A stretch of 64,000 nucleotides of DNA from Octopus sinensis (lineage: Eukaryota). The position numbers and the translations under genes are program-made. How positions within the stretch are numbered: position 1 is the first letter of the stretch; every line of letters starts with the position of its first letter. The notes under the pieces were generated by a model that saw only the letters and a list, made by a program, of their open reading frames with translations, made no database searches and was not told the origin of the DNA. This document shows, piece after piece, positions 39,560 to 51,368 of this stretch. Location of the stretch: positions 1,488,001 to 1,552,000 of the forward strand of contig NC_043002.1 of the NCBI RefSeq assembly GCF_006345805.1. The letters run 5' to 3'.

Positions 39560-40170
39560 CTGTGGAGGGCTCTTCAATGACACTTCATGCATTGAATACA
39601 TATTGAATTTTAGTAAACTTGAACAATATTTTTCGAGCAATGAACAATTTTCATCAAAACAATGATATAATCTGTTGACTTGGAACTTATTGCAAAGCTG
39701 CATGACAAAAAATCTTTTGTTTTTCCATTCGGGGTCAGTACAAATAAATTGTTTCAATTCTCTCGCCTTGAACAACCAATATATGGCTGGTCGTAGGCAA
39801 CAATAAACTTACTTTTTAAAAGTTCAACGATAATTCTTCTGCCGTCACTTATTTAAAGACAAATTGATGTACGTAGTGCCTTACTTTTCGTACAACCAGT
39901 TATTTGTAGTAGCTGGGACGTATCTAGACTCCTGTTCGTAGTTTGAAGGAAAATTACACCACTGTGCATTTTTTATGGGTTGGAATTGCTCTAAATGTAT
40001 CTGATCATAAAGGTGTTTGAAATTTAGTATATTTTTAGTATTTTTTAAAGTAATAATAAAATTAGTCGAATCTATTTTCATGCAGTCAGAGTGCGCTAAG
40101 TTTCCATAGCTCTGGCGGCTGACGACACGAAAATAGTCCGACAAATTTTATAAATATCTGAAAAAATACT
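39560..40170 (-). pseudogene. Decayed coding-like segment, possibly Mab-21/cGAS-like receptor C-terminal region
   Basis: Two non-repetitive collinear ORFs (39881-40144, 39509-39775) separated by stops; SLNK*RQKNYR*TFKK, AIYW, PEWK and LYHCFDENCSLLE loosely fit the Mab-21 C-terminal pattern; judged by eye only. Confidence 0.25.
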
Positions 40171-40601
40171 AAGTTTCGAACATTTTTATGGTATAGAGTT
40201 ATGAGAGGCAACATTGTATGAAAGAGTGAGTTCAATACATATTTCAGTTCCGAAAGTTATGAAGCACGTGTTATGGTTAAATTACTTGATACAGTTATAA
40301 TACTTAGAGAAAGATTTTTTCAAAATGTTAGGATAACTCCCCACTCCCCTGAATGAAGAATAGTACAAGAGTCATTGAGAGAGGGGTAAAGTATGAGGAA
40401 TAGTAGAAGTGTCATTGAATAATGAGAAAAGGGGTCGGAGGAGTAAAACTGAAAATGTATGACACACTGACACACTGATATTCGCTTTCGCATCTATTAT
40501 TATAGATATATTATTGTAAGATTGTAAATAAATCGTGAAAATCAAACGCAGTTGGAATTCCTTTGATTAATATATTCTTCTATACACATTCATACACCCT
40601 C

Positions 40602-40632
<31 letters not shown>

Positions 40633-41010
40633 TGTGTGTGTGTGTGTGGAGAGAGAGAGAGAGAGAAAGAGAGAAAGAGAGAAAGAGAGAAAGACAGAAA
40701 TAGAGAGAGGGAGATAGAGAGAGATACAAATGAAAGTAAATAAATATACACTTGTGTATAGATGTGCATTCATATTCGTGTGTTTTGTCTGTAAGGTACA
40801 GAAGTGAATGTTTTTTAAAGAGCATTTTGACAAATGTTTATCTGTGGTACCAGACGAACCCGCATCACGGAAGGGAAGCACAAAGAAGAGCAGCAGCTCT
40901 GCCCAAAAAGAATTCCAGATAGAAAGCCAATTGTGAATGTGAAATATGAAATCAGTCCTACTTAAGGTAGATTCCTGTAAGGCCACGGCCTCAGGATGAA
41001 ACCAGCAAAT

Positions 41011-41062
<52 letters not shown>

Positions 41063-41064
<2 letters not shown>

Positions 41065-42294
41065 AGGCTCGGCTAATAAGTTCATAGGCCGACTAAAATA
41101 ATTTCTTGGAATGTGACCATATGAGGTTTATTTTTTAAGTTTCCCTTGCGGTCCATGCACTTCCTCAATCAACGTAGCAGTTCTTGGATCCCATTGGTGA
41201 AAAAGCTTTCATCTTGTTGCTAAAAATGCTACCAACAGCATCTACGATACCACCATCATTATAATACTGGCTCCCAGCTAAGTATATTTTCACGTCGGGG
41301 GACAGATGTGGCTAAATTAGGAGAAAAACGAGGCTGATCAAACAGTTCAAAGACATTGAAAGCAAGGACTTGTGTGCTGGAGCGTTATCCTGATGAAACA
41401 ATACTACTTCTGCAAGTTTTTCTAGGTATTTGGTCTTGATAGCTTTTCTTAACTGCCTCCACAAGTTGGCATAGTACACTCCATTGACGGCGAGGCTCTT
41501 TTGAAGGAAGTTAATAAATACAAAGTATTTTGCATTCCAAAACTGAGGATCATCTTCTCTGCAGATGAACCAACGTTGGCTCTATAAGAAGCAAGTAAGG
41601 CGGGATATTTCTGCCGCATGGATTGTCACTTTGTCTCTGGCTCAAAGTGATGGACTCAACGCTCATTCTTTCATCCTGCGTTGGGTAATGTCCAACAAAA
41701 CCAACTGGATTTGACTCAAACAATCAGCCTGGTGCATTTTTGATCAGGTGTCAGAAGACGTGGGACCCACCGAGCAGGAACGTTTTTCATGCCAAGTTCA
41801 TTCATCAGAATATTCACAATTTTCTCACAGGATATGCTAAAATCATTGGCTATTTGTTCTATTGTGAATCGCCTGTCATCCATCAGCATGTGGTGAACAC
41901 GGACATTATTTTTCTTGGTGGTGGCAGGTGCAGAACGTCCAGACCATGGATCATCTTCCAGACTTTCCCTTCGCCTCCATAATTCAGCAGTTCGTTTTTC
42001 TCTGTTGATGAAACTGGATCGTCATCCCCCAATGTAGCAACTATGTCAGTATGAATATTCTTCGGGGTTAAACGCTTTTCCTGCAAGTACTTGACAACAC
42101 CACGATGCGAAATTTTGTCCATTTTCAAGAGAAGCCACAACTATTTACTTTTGAAGTCGTCTTTGATCTGTCAGGTGTCAGGTTATCTGGAAGGGCACAA
42201 TATAGTTGCAGAGTTGAAATGAAGGCATACACGATTTCACAGCTCCAGCATCACCCATTCATAGCTAGCCTATGAGCTTTTCAGCCCGCTCTTC
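41063..42294 (-). mobile_element. Mariner (irritans-like), old and heavily decayed
   Basis: MDKISHRGVVKYLQ...DIVATLGDD start; degenerate TIRs CGAGGCTCGGCTAATAAGTTCATAGGC / GCCTATGAGCTTTTCAGCCCGCTCTTC. Confidence 0.8.
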
Positions 42295-42548
42295 TAAACC
42301 GTAAAATGTTTTGTGTTAATTGAACATTGAAAAAGGTGTTTCATATGGAATTTATCAAGTTTGGATGCAGTCACAATTATAAAATATGAAAGAAATCCAA
42401 AAGACCCAAATTGGATTTAAAATGCAAGCATACAATCGCTCAAATGTCGATTAATTTGTCACAAAAATGATACGCTTGAAGAGGGAAGTACTCTCATTTG
42501 ATTATCTCATACATAAACCATGTGTGACTCCAACCACATTTTTCACAA

Positions 42549-42689
42549 AAGTTTCCCTTGCGGTCCATGCACTTCCTCAATCAACGTAGCAGTTCTTGGA
42601 TCCCATTGGTGAAAAAGCTTTCATCTTGTTGCTAAAAATGCTACCAACAGCATCTACGATACCACCATCATTATAATACTGGCTCCCAG
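42549..42689. repeat. Exact 141-bp direct copy of 41137-41277
   Basis: Base-by-base identical, including the decay mutations of the mariner. Confidence 0.9.
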
Positions 42690-44058
42690 GCACAGTTAGC
42701 TACGTATGAGTTAACAGTGTAAAATGACGTCCATAACTTGTCCAATTTCAGTGTGTCCACGTATGTTATCCTTGGTAAAAATATTGCCCAGTTTTTCAGA
42801 ATCCAGTTGCATGTCTCTTTTGTTTTGTAGAGGTTCAGCTTAGGTAAGAATTTTTTATGAAATGTTTTTGCTGTCTTCCGGTAATTTGAGTCATTCCTTA
42901 GGCATTTGTACATACAGTCATTCATACATACATACATACATACATACATACATACATACATACATACATACATACATACATACATACATGTCCATATATG
43001 GCTATATTAATGCTTGGTTTTATATCAAAAGAAAACAATTTTACATTAAACTGAAGGATTACCCAATACATTTGGCAAAGTACAAATTCTTTAACAGTAC
43101 TATTCATTCTGCTGTTGTGCAGTTGAATTCATCTTGGGTGCATATGATCTTGTTAAGTTAAAATTTTCTAGAGTATGCCATGATCTGTCGAATGATAATT
43201 AGGTTGTATGATAGGTTGTGGTGGCAAAGTGCTATAGGGAATTTTTATTGATTAAATTTGGGGTTGTGTTATTGTTGAGAATTTATTCATGCATGTAGAA
43301 CTTTGTCATCAGGTGTGTACGCTTATGTGTGTCATCTTCAGGTCACAGGGGTGCACACAAGAATGTAGTCAGGTTGAAGGTGTATGTTGATCAGCAGATG
43401 TGGCAGGCTTTTAGCAATGGAGTTCTTAAAGGTTCACAAGAGAATGGAAGTATGTAGCAAAATTTAGTTTGTTGGCAAGCTGGTATTATTTAATGTCTTT
43501 CACCTATTTGTAGTGGAAGGCTGTTGGTTTTATATGATTGATTGATTGATTCCAGTTTCAGCTTATGAGCTGTGGCCATGCTGGGGCACCGCCATTTATA
43601 AGTATATATAAATATATGCGTGTATCTATACACATGCACACACATACAGTTTGTTCCCTAAAACTGTATATAACCCATTACAAATATTGAAGGTGGCCAC
43701 GCAAAGATTTCAATAATGCAAATAATTCCAGAGAGCAACTGGAATTTAGAAAATACAGTCGACGAGCAAAGACAGTTTAAAAGAGTTTCAAACAGAATGA
43801 AGATTAGAAGCGTTTTGTCACAGATGAAGAAAATGAACAAGCATGTAAAGAAATACCAAATCCAATTCTTTATGTTTGCAGTTTTGTGGCTTCAGGTAAT
43901 TTAGCTGTGTCTTGACAAGAATGGTTATCAGATTCTAAACAGGTATACATAATAAATTAATTTCCGTCTGCAAATTTTATAAAATTTTGAAAATGAAATA
44001 CATATGAATAAACAGACTTTTCAATTATCCATATGCAGATACATTCTTTTGGAACACA

Positions 44059-44119
<61 letters not shown>

Positions 44120-44269
44120 TATACATACGCGTAAACAGGTTTCAGTATTCAACTATATACATACATATAAGTGCACAGCTACACCTACGTATATACGTAT
44201 ATACGCAAAACACGAAACTCTGGCCATTGAATCACTGTGCTGCTTCTGCTAAATATTAATAAAAATAAC

Positions 44270-44348
<79 letters not shown>

Positions 44349-45001
44349 TATATACTTACACACACACGTAAGAAAACATGCACACATATATACAGCATTA
44401 TATGTATAACAGAATGTATGCAAATACACTTGTACACATACAGACATATATTTTTGTTCACTCACGTACACACACACACATACATACACACACATACATG
44501 TATGCAAACCGGTATACACACACACACACATATGTCTATTCACTTAAGTTCTCTCCTGCTGAGATTATCAAATGTGTCGTCTCTTCCCGCTTCATCTCTA
44601 AATTTCTTTCTTTTTTTCCTCTTTACGTTCTTTTATTTTTCTCTAGATTTGGGTCGTTTCGTTATTTGTGGATCATATTTCAAGGCTCTTCGGTAATAAT
44701 ACTCTTGAAATCTGTAGAATTATTTTGTAATTATAAAACTATAGAACTCAGTTTGGTCTTCTCTTGTTACGGAAGAATTACTGAAACAAGAATGAAAATT
44801 AAATATTTGAAGCATCGCTGATATGGCTAGTTATTCTTTCAAACACACACACACACACACATGCACCCTCCAGCCATATAGATACATACATAATACATAC
44901 ATACATACACACATAGATACATACATACATACATACATAAATACATAAATACATAAATACATACATAAATACATACATACATACATACATATATACATAC
45001 A

Positions 45002-45034
<33 letters not shown>

Positions 45035-45768
45035 GTATATATATATATTCGCATACGTCTTGTGTGTAAATATGTGTGTATGAAATTATATGCGTGTACG
45101 TGTATGAATGTATTACCATGTACCAGTTCGTGAGAAAAAAGGCTTACATATGCACAATTTTGGGCTCAATACTTGAGGAATAGAATGTGAAAGGATATAT
45201 TTAGCGCCTTGTCTACAGAGTGTATTTGGTGCCTATTTTGTGTCTCGTCTACAGAGCTTATTCCAAATCAATCTATTAACAACTATTGTAATTTCTTTAA
45301 CGCAACCAAATCTATGTATTTGCCGCTTGAAGCCTGTGAGCTGAGTTGGGGCAAGTGCGGGATTATATTTCCCTTAAAGAACCTGAAATTCGACACTTTT
45401 TGACCCACTTTACCTGACTAACATGCTTCACGTCTTTCAACTATACACACACACACATGTCCATATACAGACAGGGCTCCACTAATTGGTCCCCAAATCA
45501 TGTCTGTGACTAACTAAAGAGATTCCCATTTGTACATACAATGTTTTATTCAGATCACACATGTTAATATACAAAACAGTATTTTAAAGTAAATATACCC
45601 AAACGCACGCAGGAATGTAGAGATCCATTCCCTTCGCTCGGTCTCCAAATACACACAAAAGCTAATTACAAGAATTCTGCTTTTCATCCACACACATGCA
45701 AAATTTTAAAGATGAGCACATACGTGTACATCCATAGATGTATGTATGTATATATGTATGCATGTACC

Positions 45769-45820
<52 letters not shown>

Positions 45821-45960
45821 GAGGGCATAATTATACATACATGCCAGGAGGCATTATATATACCTGCCAAACGCTAAGAGGGACAATCAGTCATTTCTAC
45901 CAAAAATATTACTAATCCCACCGAATGCAATTTTTCAAAGTAAGACATTTAAAAATATAT

Positions 45961-46008
45961 AGGCCTGTATCACAGTGATTTCATACTTACGTAATCATCA
46001 GCAGGCCT
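45961..46008 (-). ncRNA. Type I HHR, array unit
   Basis: AGGCCTG-CTGATGA-T-TAC-GTAA-GTA-T-GAA-ATCAC-T-GTGAT-A-CAGGCCT. Confidence 0.8.
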
Positions 46009-46441
46009 GAATGTATTATAAATAAACAACGACCCTGCCTCGCTTAAGCCGAACAGCTAACTGATCAACATCAACGAAGCACATGGGTGAGTTTATATAT
46101 ATTACATCCGGGTGAATGGCAAACTTTTACAAAATTGCATTTCGGGAGAGGAAAAGTTTTTTCGGAATAAAAATTTTGCAATAAGGACAACTACTTAATA
46201 AGGAAAACTTAACAAGAAATTGTCAGGTAGATAGCGTAAAAACCTCATAAGAGAAAAAATTTCGAAAATAATTATTTCTTATTGAACATATTAATTTATA
46301 TATAGAGGGCATAATTATACATACATGCCAGGAGGCATTATATACCTGCCAAACGCTAAGAGGGACAATCAGTCATTTCTACCAAAAATATTACTAATCC
46401 CACCGAATGCAATTTTTCAAAGTAAGACATTAAAAATATAT

Positions 46442-46489
46442 AGGCCTGTATCACAGTGATTTCATACTTACGTAATCATCAGCAGGCCT
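46442..46489 (-). ncRNA. Type I HHR, array unit
   Basis: Identical motif. Confidence 0.8.
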
Positions 46490-46715
46490 GAATGTATTAT
46501 AAATAAACAACGACCCTGCTCGCTTAAGCCGAACAGCTAACTGATCAACATCAACGAAGCACATGGGTGAGTTTAATATATTACATCCGGGTGAATGGCA
46601 AACTTTTACAAAGTTTTACAAATATATATAAACCCACCCATGTGCTTCGTTGATGTTGATCAGTTAGCTGTTCGGCTTAAGCGAGGCAGGGTCGTTGTTT
46701 ATTTATAATACATTC

Positions 46716-46763
46716 AGGCCTGCTGATGATTACGTAAGTATGAAATCACTGTGATACAGGCCT
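46716..46763 (+). ncRNA. Type I HHR, array unit
   Basis: Identical motif; predicted cleavage after A46756. Confidence 0.8.
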
Positions 46764-47195
46764 ATATTTTTTAAATGTCTTACTTTGAAAAATTGCATTC
46801 GGTGGGATTAGTAATATTTTTGGTAGAAATGACTGATTGTCCCTCTTAGCGTTTGGCAGGTATATATAATGCCTCCTGGCATGTATGTATAATTATGCCC
46901 TCTATATATAAATTAATATGTTCAATAAGAAATAATTTTTTCGAAATTTTTTCTTATGAGGTTTTTACGCTATCTACCTGACAATTTCTTGTTAAGTTTT
47001 CCTTATTAAGTAGTTGTCCTTAATTGCAAAATTTTTATTCCGAAAAAACTTTTCCTCTCCCGAAATGCAATTTTGTAAAAGTTTGCCATTCACCCGATGT
47101 AATATATATAAACTCACCCATGTGCTTCGTTGATGTTGATCAGTTAGCTGTTCGGCTTAAGCGAGGCAGGGTCGTTGTTTATTTATAATACATTC

Positions 47196-47243
47196 AGGCC
47201 TGCTGATGATTACGTAAGTATGAAATCACTGTGATACAGGCCT
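47196..47243 (+). ncRNA. Type I HHR, array unit
   Basis: Identical motif, 480 bp from the previous one. Confidence 0.8.
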
Positions 47244-47674
47244 ATATTTTTTAAATGTCTTACTTTGAAAAATTGCATTCGGTGGGATTAGTAATTTTGG
47301 TAGAAATGACTGATTGTCCCTCTTAGCGTTTGGCAGGTATATATAATGCCTCCTGGCATGTATGTATAATTATGCCCTCTAATATAAAATTAATATGTTC
47401 AATAAGAAATAATTATTTTCGAAATTTTTTCTCTTATGAGGTTTTTACGCTATCTACCTGACAATTTCTTGTTAAGTTTTCCTTATTAAGTAGTTGTCCT
47501 TAATTGCAAAATTTTTATTCCGAAAAAACTTTTCCTCTCCCGAAATGCAATTTTGTAAAAGTTTGCCATTCACCGGATGTAATATATATAAACTCACCCA
47601 TGTGCTTCGTTGATGTTGATCAGTTAGCTGTTCGCTTAAGCGAGGCAGGGTCGTTGTTTATTTATAATACATTC

Positions 47675-47722
47675 AGGCCTGCTGATGATTACGTAAGTAT
47701 GAAATCACTGTGATACAGGCCT
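47675..47722 (+). ncRNA. Type I HHR, array unit
   Basis: Identical motif, 479 bp from the previous one. Confidence 0.8.
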
Positions 47723-48021
47723 ATATATTTTTAATGTCTTACTTTGAAAAATTGCATTCGGTGGGATTAGTAATATTTTTGGTAGAAATGACTGATTGTC
47801 CCTCTTAGCGTTTGGCAGGTATATATAATGCCTCCTGGCATGTATGTATAATTATGCCCTCTATATATAAATTAATATGTTCAATAAGAAATAATTATTT
47901 TCGAAATTTTTTCTCTTATGAGGTTTTTACGCTATCTACCTGACAATTTCTTGTTAAGTTTTCCTTATTAAGTAGTTGTCCTTAATTGCAAAATTTTTAT
48001 ATATATATATATATATATATA

Positions 48022-48573
48022 TGTCAGGTCACTTTCGAGTGCTACTGGTAACATGTAACCCAGTACAACCTGTTGCATGGTCGGGTCGTCGGCGACTAAA
48101 CCAGCAACCCCACCAAGCTTGCTTGGTGATGAGGGTGTTTATTGGACACCCTGCGGGATGAAAAACAAAACCCGTCAAAGAGCGGAGGAACTCTTGAGAG
48201 TCAACGGCCATCCAATAAATGTATTAAGGATGTTTCATGCGCGGAGACATAGAAATAATCGGACTGAATGCCCGTTCGCGCGGTTAAACCATTGGGAGTG
48301 AAGGACTCCTAACCTTTGTTAGGGCATCCTTCTAGGAGAAGGTAACTCAGGTAACTGGGAAAACTCCGACATTAAACCTGCGGACCATTTGTTACCGATG
48401 ATGTCGACTTGTTCTTCTTTTCGGATTATGGTTGCTGTTGCTTAGTGAGGGATTGACTCAGTGCACGGCCTTTCCTCACTTTAAAAAAAATCTTCTTGCA
48501 CAGGCATTGCACGATAACGACATCGATTAAGCTTCGTGCAATGGCCATACTCGATAACGAGGGTCAGCCACCG
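48022..48573 (+). mobile_element. Hairpin-rich non-coding element, possibly an RTE-type 5'UTR derivative
   Basis: Multiple hairpins (CACCAAG/CTTGGTG, AGGGTGT/ACACCCT, CCTTCT/AGAAGG, ATTGCACGA/TCGTGCAAT); GGGCATCCTTCTAGGAGAAGGTAACTC resembles RTE 5'UTR motifs; bounded by (TA)n. Confidence 0.4.
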
Positions 48574-48577
48574 TATA

Positions 48578-48609
<32 letters not shown>

Positions 48610-48642
48610 CATACATATACGTGCATTTGTGTGTGTGACTTA

Positions 48643-49200
48643 TGTTCGAAGGTTATAATGGATACAGATCGTGTATCAATAGCTATCTTAAGGCGGTAGC
48701 CTCATGGAGCTGACCAGCGACAGCGATTATTCTTATATTATAAGAATGCCATATTAATATGGCGATAACAATTAATTTCCAGTAAACGCTGTCGTAATCT
48801 CTTTTATAGAGACTTAGTAATTTTAATATTTCTATTATTGAAAACAAGTGGATGTATTCCCCTGAAACTAGGTAAATATAAGCCTTCGAACAGGGACGTC
48901 AGTGGCGACACCTGCGGGGTCTGACTGCGCTACATTGACAAGGGGCAATACCCCGAAACGCGTCTGTAGCTGTCAGGACTGGCAGTGTGAAGCGGCAGAC
49001 CTCCCTTGTTCGAAGGTTATAATGGATACAGATCGTGTATCAATAGCTATCTTAAGGCGGTGGCCTCATGGAGCTGACCAGCGACAGCGATTATTCTTAT
49101 ATTATAAGAATGCCATATTAATATGGCGATAACAATTAATTTCCAGTAAACGCTGTTAATCTCTTTTATAGAGACTTAGTAATTTTAATATTTCTATTAT
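48643..49200 (+). mobile_element. Retrozyme-like non-coding element, copy 2 (~1.5 units of a 364-bp monomer)
   Basis: TGTTCGAAGG repeats at 48643 and 49007; central U3-A8 HHR; flanking duplicated host sequence. Confidence 0.85.
48929..48970 (+). ncRNA. Type I hammerhead ribozyme, U3-A8 core variant
   Basis: GCTACA-TTGACAA-GGGG-CAATA-CCCC-GAAAC-GC-GTC-TGTAGC; predicted cleavage after C48964. Confidence 0.88.
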
Positions 49201-49221
49201 ATGTATATATGTATATATATA

Positions 49222-49273
<52 letters not shown>

Positions 49274-49342
49274 GTACTAATATATATAATATATACATAT
49301 ATGTGCATTTGTGTATGTGACTTATGTATGACTATATGTATG

Positions 49343-49380
<38 letters not shown>

Positions 49381-49465
49381 TATATACACGGGCGCGCACA
49401 CATATATGTATGACTATATGTATGTGTATATATATATTTATATATATATAACAAGCGTGCGCGCG

Positions 49466-49499
<34 letters not shown>

Positions 49500-49830
49500 C
49501 GAGGGGACGTCAAAAATTATCCGCACTTTCACCATAATATAGCTTTATTATTGTCACACTGCCTTCTGCGCATGCGACCTTATAGTTGGTACTGCTATGG
49601 TCACGTGATCGAAGTCTGACCTCATCGCGTTATTTTTCTTTCGTACACATCGCTACTTGAGCGATCATGTTTACACTGTAAAACCAGTAAGAAAAATGGC
49701 GCGATCAGGCTCAGACTTCGGTCATATGACCACAATAGAACCAACTATAATCACGCATGCGCAGAACGCACTGTGACAGAAATAAAGATATGTTGTGGCG
49801 AAAGTGCGGATAATATTTGGTTTCCCCTCG
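49500..49830. mobile_element. Mariner-derived MITE (331 bp)
   Basis: TA|CGAGGGGA...TCCCCTCG|TA, long imperfect TIRs (~120 bp), no coding capacity. Confidence 0.85.
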
Positions 49831-49848
49831 TATATATATATATTTCTT

Positions 49849-50132
<284 letters not shown>

Positions 50133-50135
50133 ATA

Positions 50136-50191
<56 letters not shown>

Positions 50192-51298
50192 ATAATATAT
50201 ATATATGCACGTGTGTAGGCGCATATATAAACACAAATACGGTCATATGAATGTGTCTGTGTTTATGTATGAATGTACGCATGTATATGTGTATATGTCT
50301 GAGTTTGCATGAATGCATATGCATGTGTATATATGAATGTGTATGTGTATGTGTGTCATATGTATGTGAATATGTGTTTGTGAAATTGTTTATTACCAAA
50401 CTAAGTCTATTCAAAATACATTTGAGTGAAAAGTTGAGCCATAATGTATATATTTGTCTCTTTATCCTCTGAAAAGGCCAGGATTAATTCCACATCTATT
50501 GCAGAAACAATTGTTATTAATTCAATAGAATATTTTACAAGACAAACAGGTTTTAGTTTTTCATGTTATTTGTTTGTACACATCCCTGAAGCAGTAAGGA
50601 TTATTAATATTTCTCACAAGTTTTAAAATATAATACCAAACACATCTTTGTCCTGTGTCCAATGTAAACAATATCGCATTGATTGTTGCTTGTCAGTGTT
50701 CGATGCCAGTACAGTCAGGTGTTAGAATTGTTTCTTTTCTATTATTAGGTACTATTGTTTGTCGCATATCTTATTTAATTGCTGTTTGTCAAGGAACAAT
50801 GTTGTGTACTGTAATTATTGAGAAAGGAACAATGTGCTGTGTATTAGTATTGTTGAAAAGATCCAGTTGAGAATTTATGCTTAATAGTGTTACGCACTAT
50901 CAATCTCTGCACTCTTTTGAACTTTGCTGTTGTTTTCATTATTCAGCTTTTCATGTAATTCGTTGAAAATAATATTATTGTTCCTTCCAGTTTATGTATA
51001 ACGATTCGTTCTTTAATCTAACCGTTATTTGTAGCTGGTTTTGTATTTCACCTTATGTACAGGGAATGTAGCTGTTACAAAGATTAAAGAAGTATTTTCG
51101 AAGGTCTCAGCCTATTCATGTTAATGATAACACAACAGTATTTTTAAAAGCGTTGCGCCTCTACTATATATATATATATATACAGATAAAATCTCTATAA
51201 GAATTTATCACGTAGCCAGCGTGAAAAAAATAGTTCCGAAAATACTAATACAAAGCACATAATTTATCCATTAAATATAAATACATTAATTCTGATTC

Positions 51299-51365
51299 TG
51301 TTGTACTGAAGAATGGAGGGCGTAATTATACACGGTGATCATGAAATCATTAATGGTATGCGACA
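51299..51365 (+). ncRNA. Type I HHR with G.U-decayed stems
   Basis: TGTTGTA-CTGAAGA-ATGG-[..CGT/ACG..]-TCAT-GAA-ATCAT-TA-ATGGT-A-TGCGACA; GUA triplet, predicted cleavage after A51358. Confidence 0.75.
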
Positions 51366-51368
51366 AAA

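Larger units (their letters stand above)
45817..47998. repeat. ~484-bp tandem array with an internal inversion (~1.65 units then ~2.85 units in the opposite orientation), one HHR per unit
   Basis: Unit marker GAGGGCATAATTATAC at 45821 and 46305; inversion at ~46612-46621; flanked by (TA)n on both sides. Confidence 0.9.

Noticed and set aside
40114-40142. CTGACGA-CAC-GAAA-ATA-GTC
   Set aside because: No room for stem II, stem I does not pair, and it lies within a coding-like segment; chance match
43280-43345. Two CTGAnGA cores in tandem on the minus strand
   Set aside because: Neither is followed by a paired stem II and GAAA
45817-47998. CRISPR-like or classical satellite interpretation
   Set aside because: No short repeat/unique spacer structure and no cas genes; whole ~484-bp units repeat, and the context is eukaryotic
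48040-48105. HDV-like ribozyme using GTCG-TCGG-CGAC-TAA-ACCAG as P4-J4/2-P2'
   Set aside because: No matching P1 5' strand, and P2 5' is not adjacent to a valid P3
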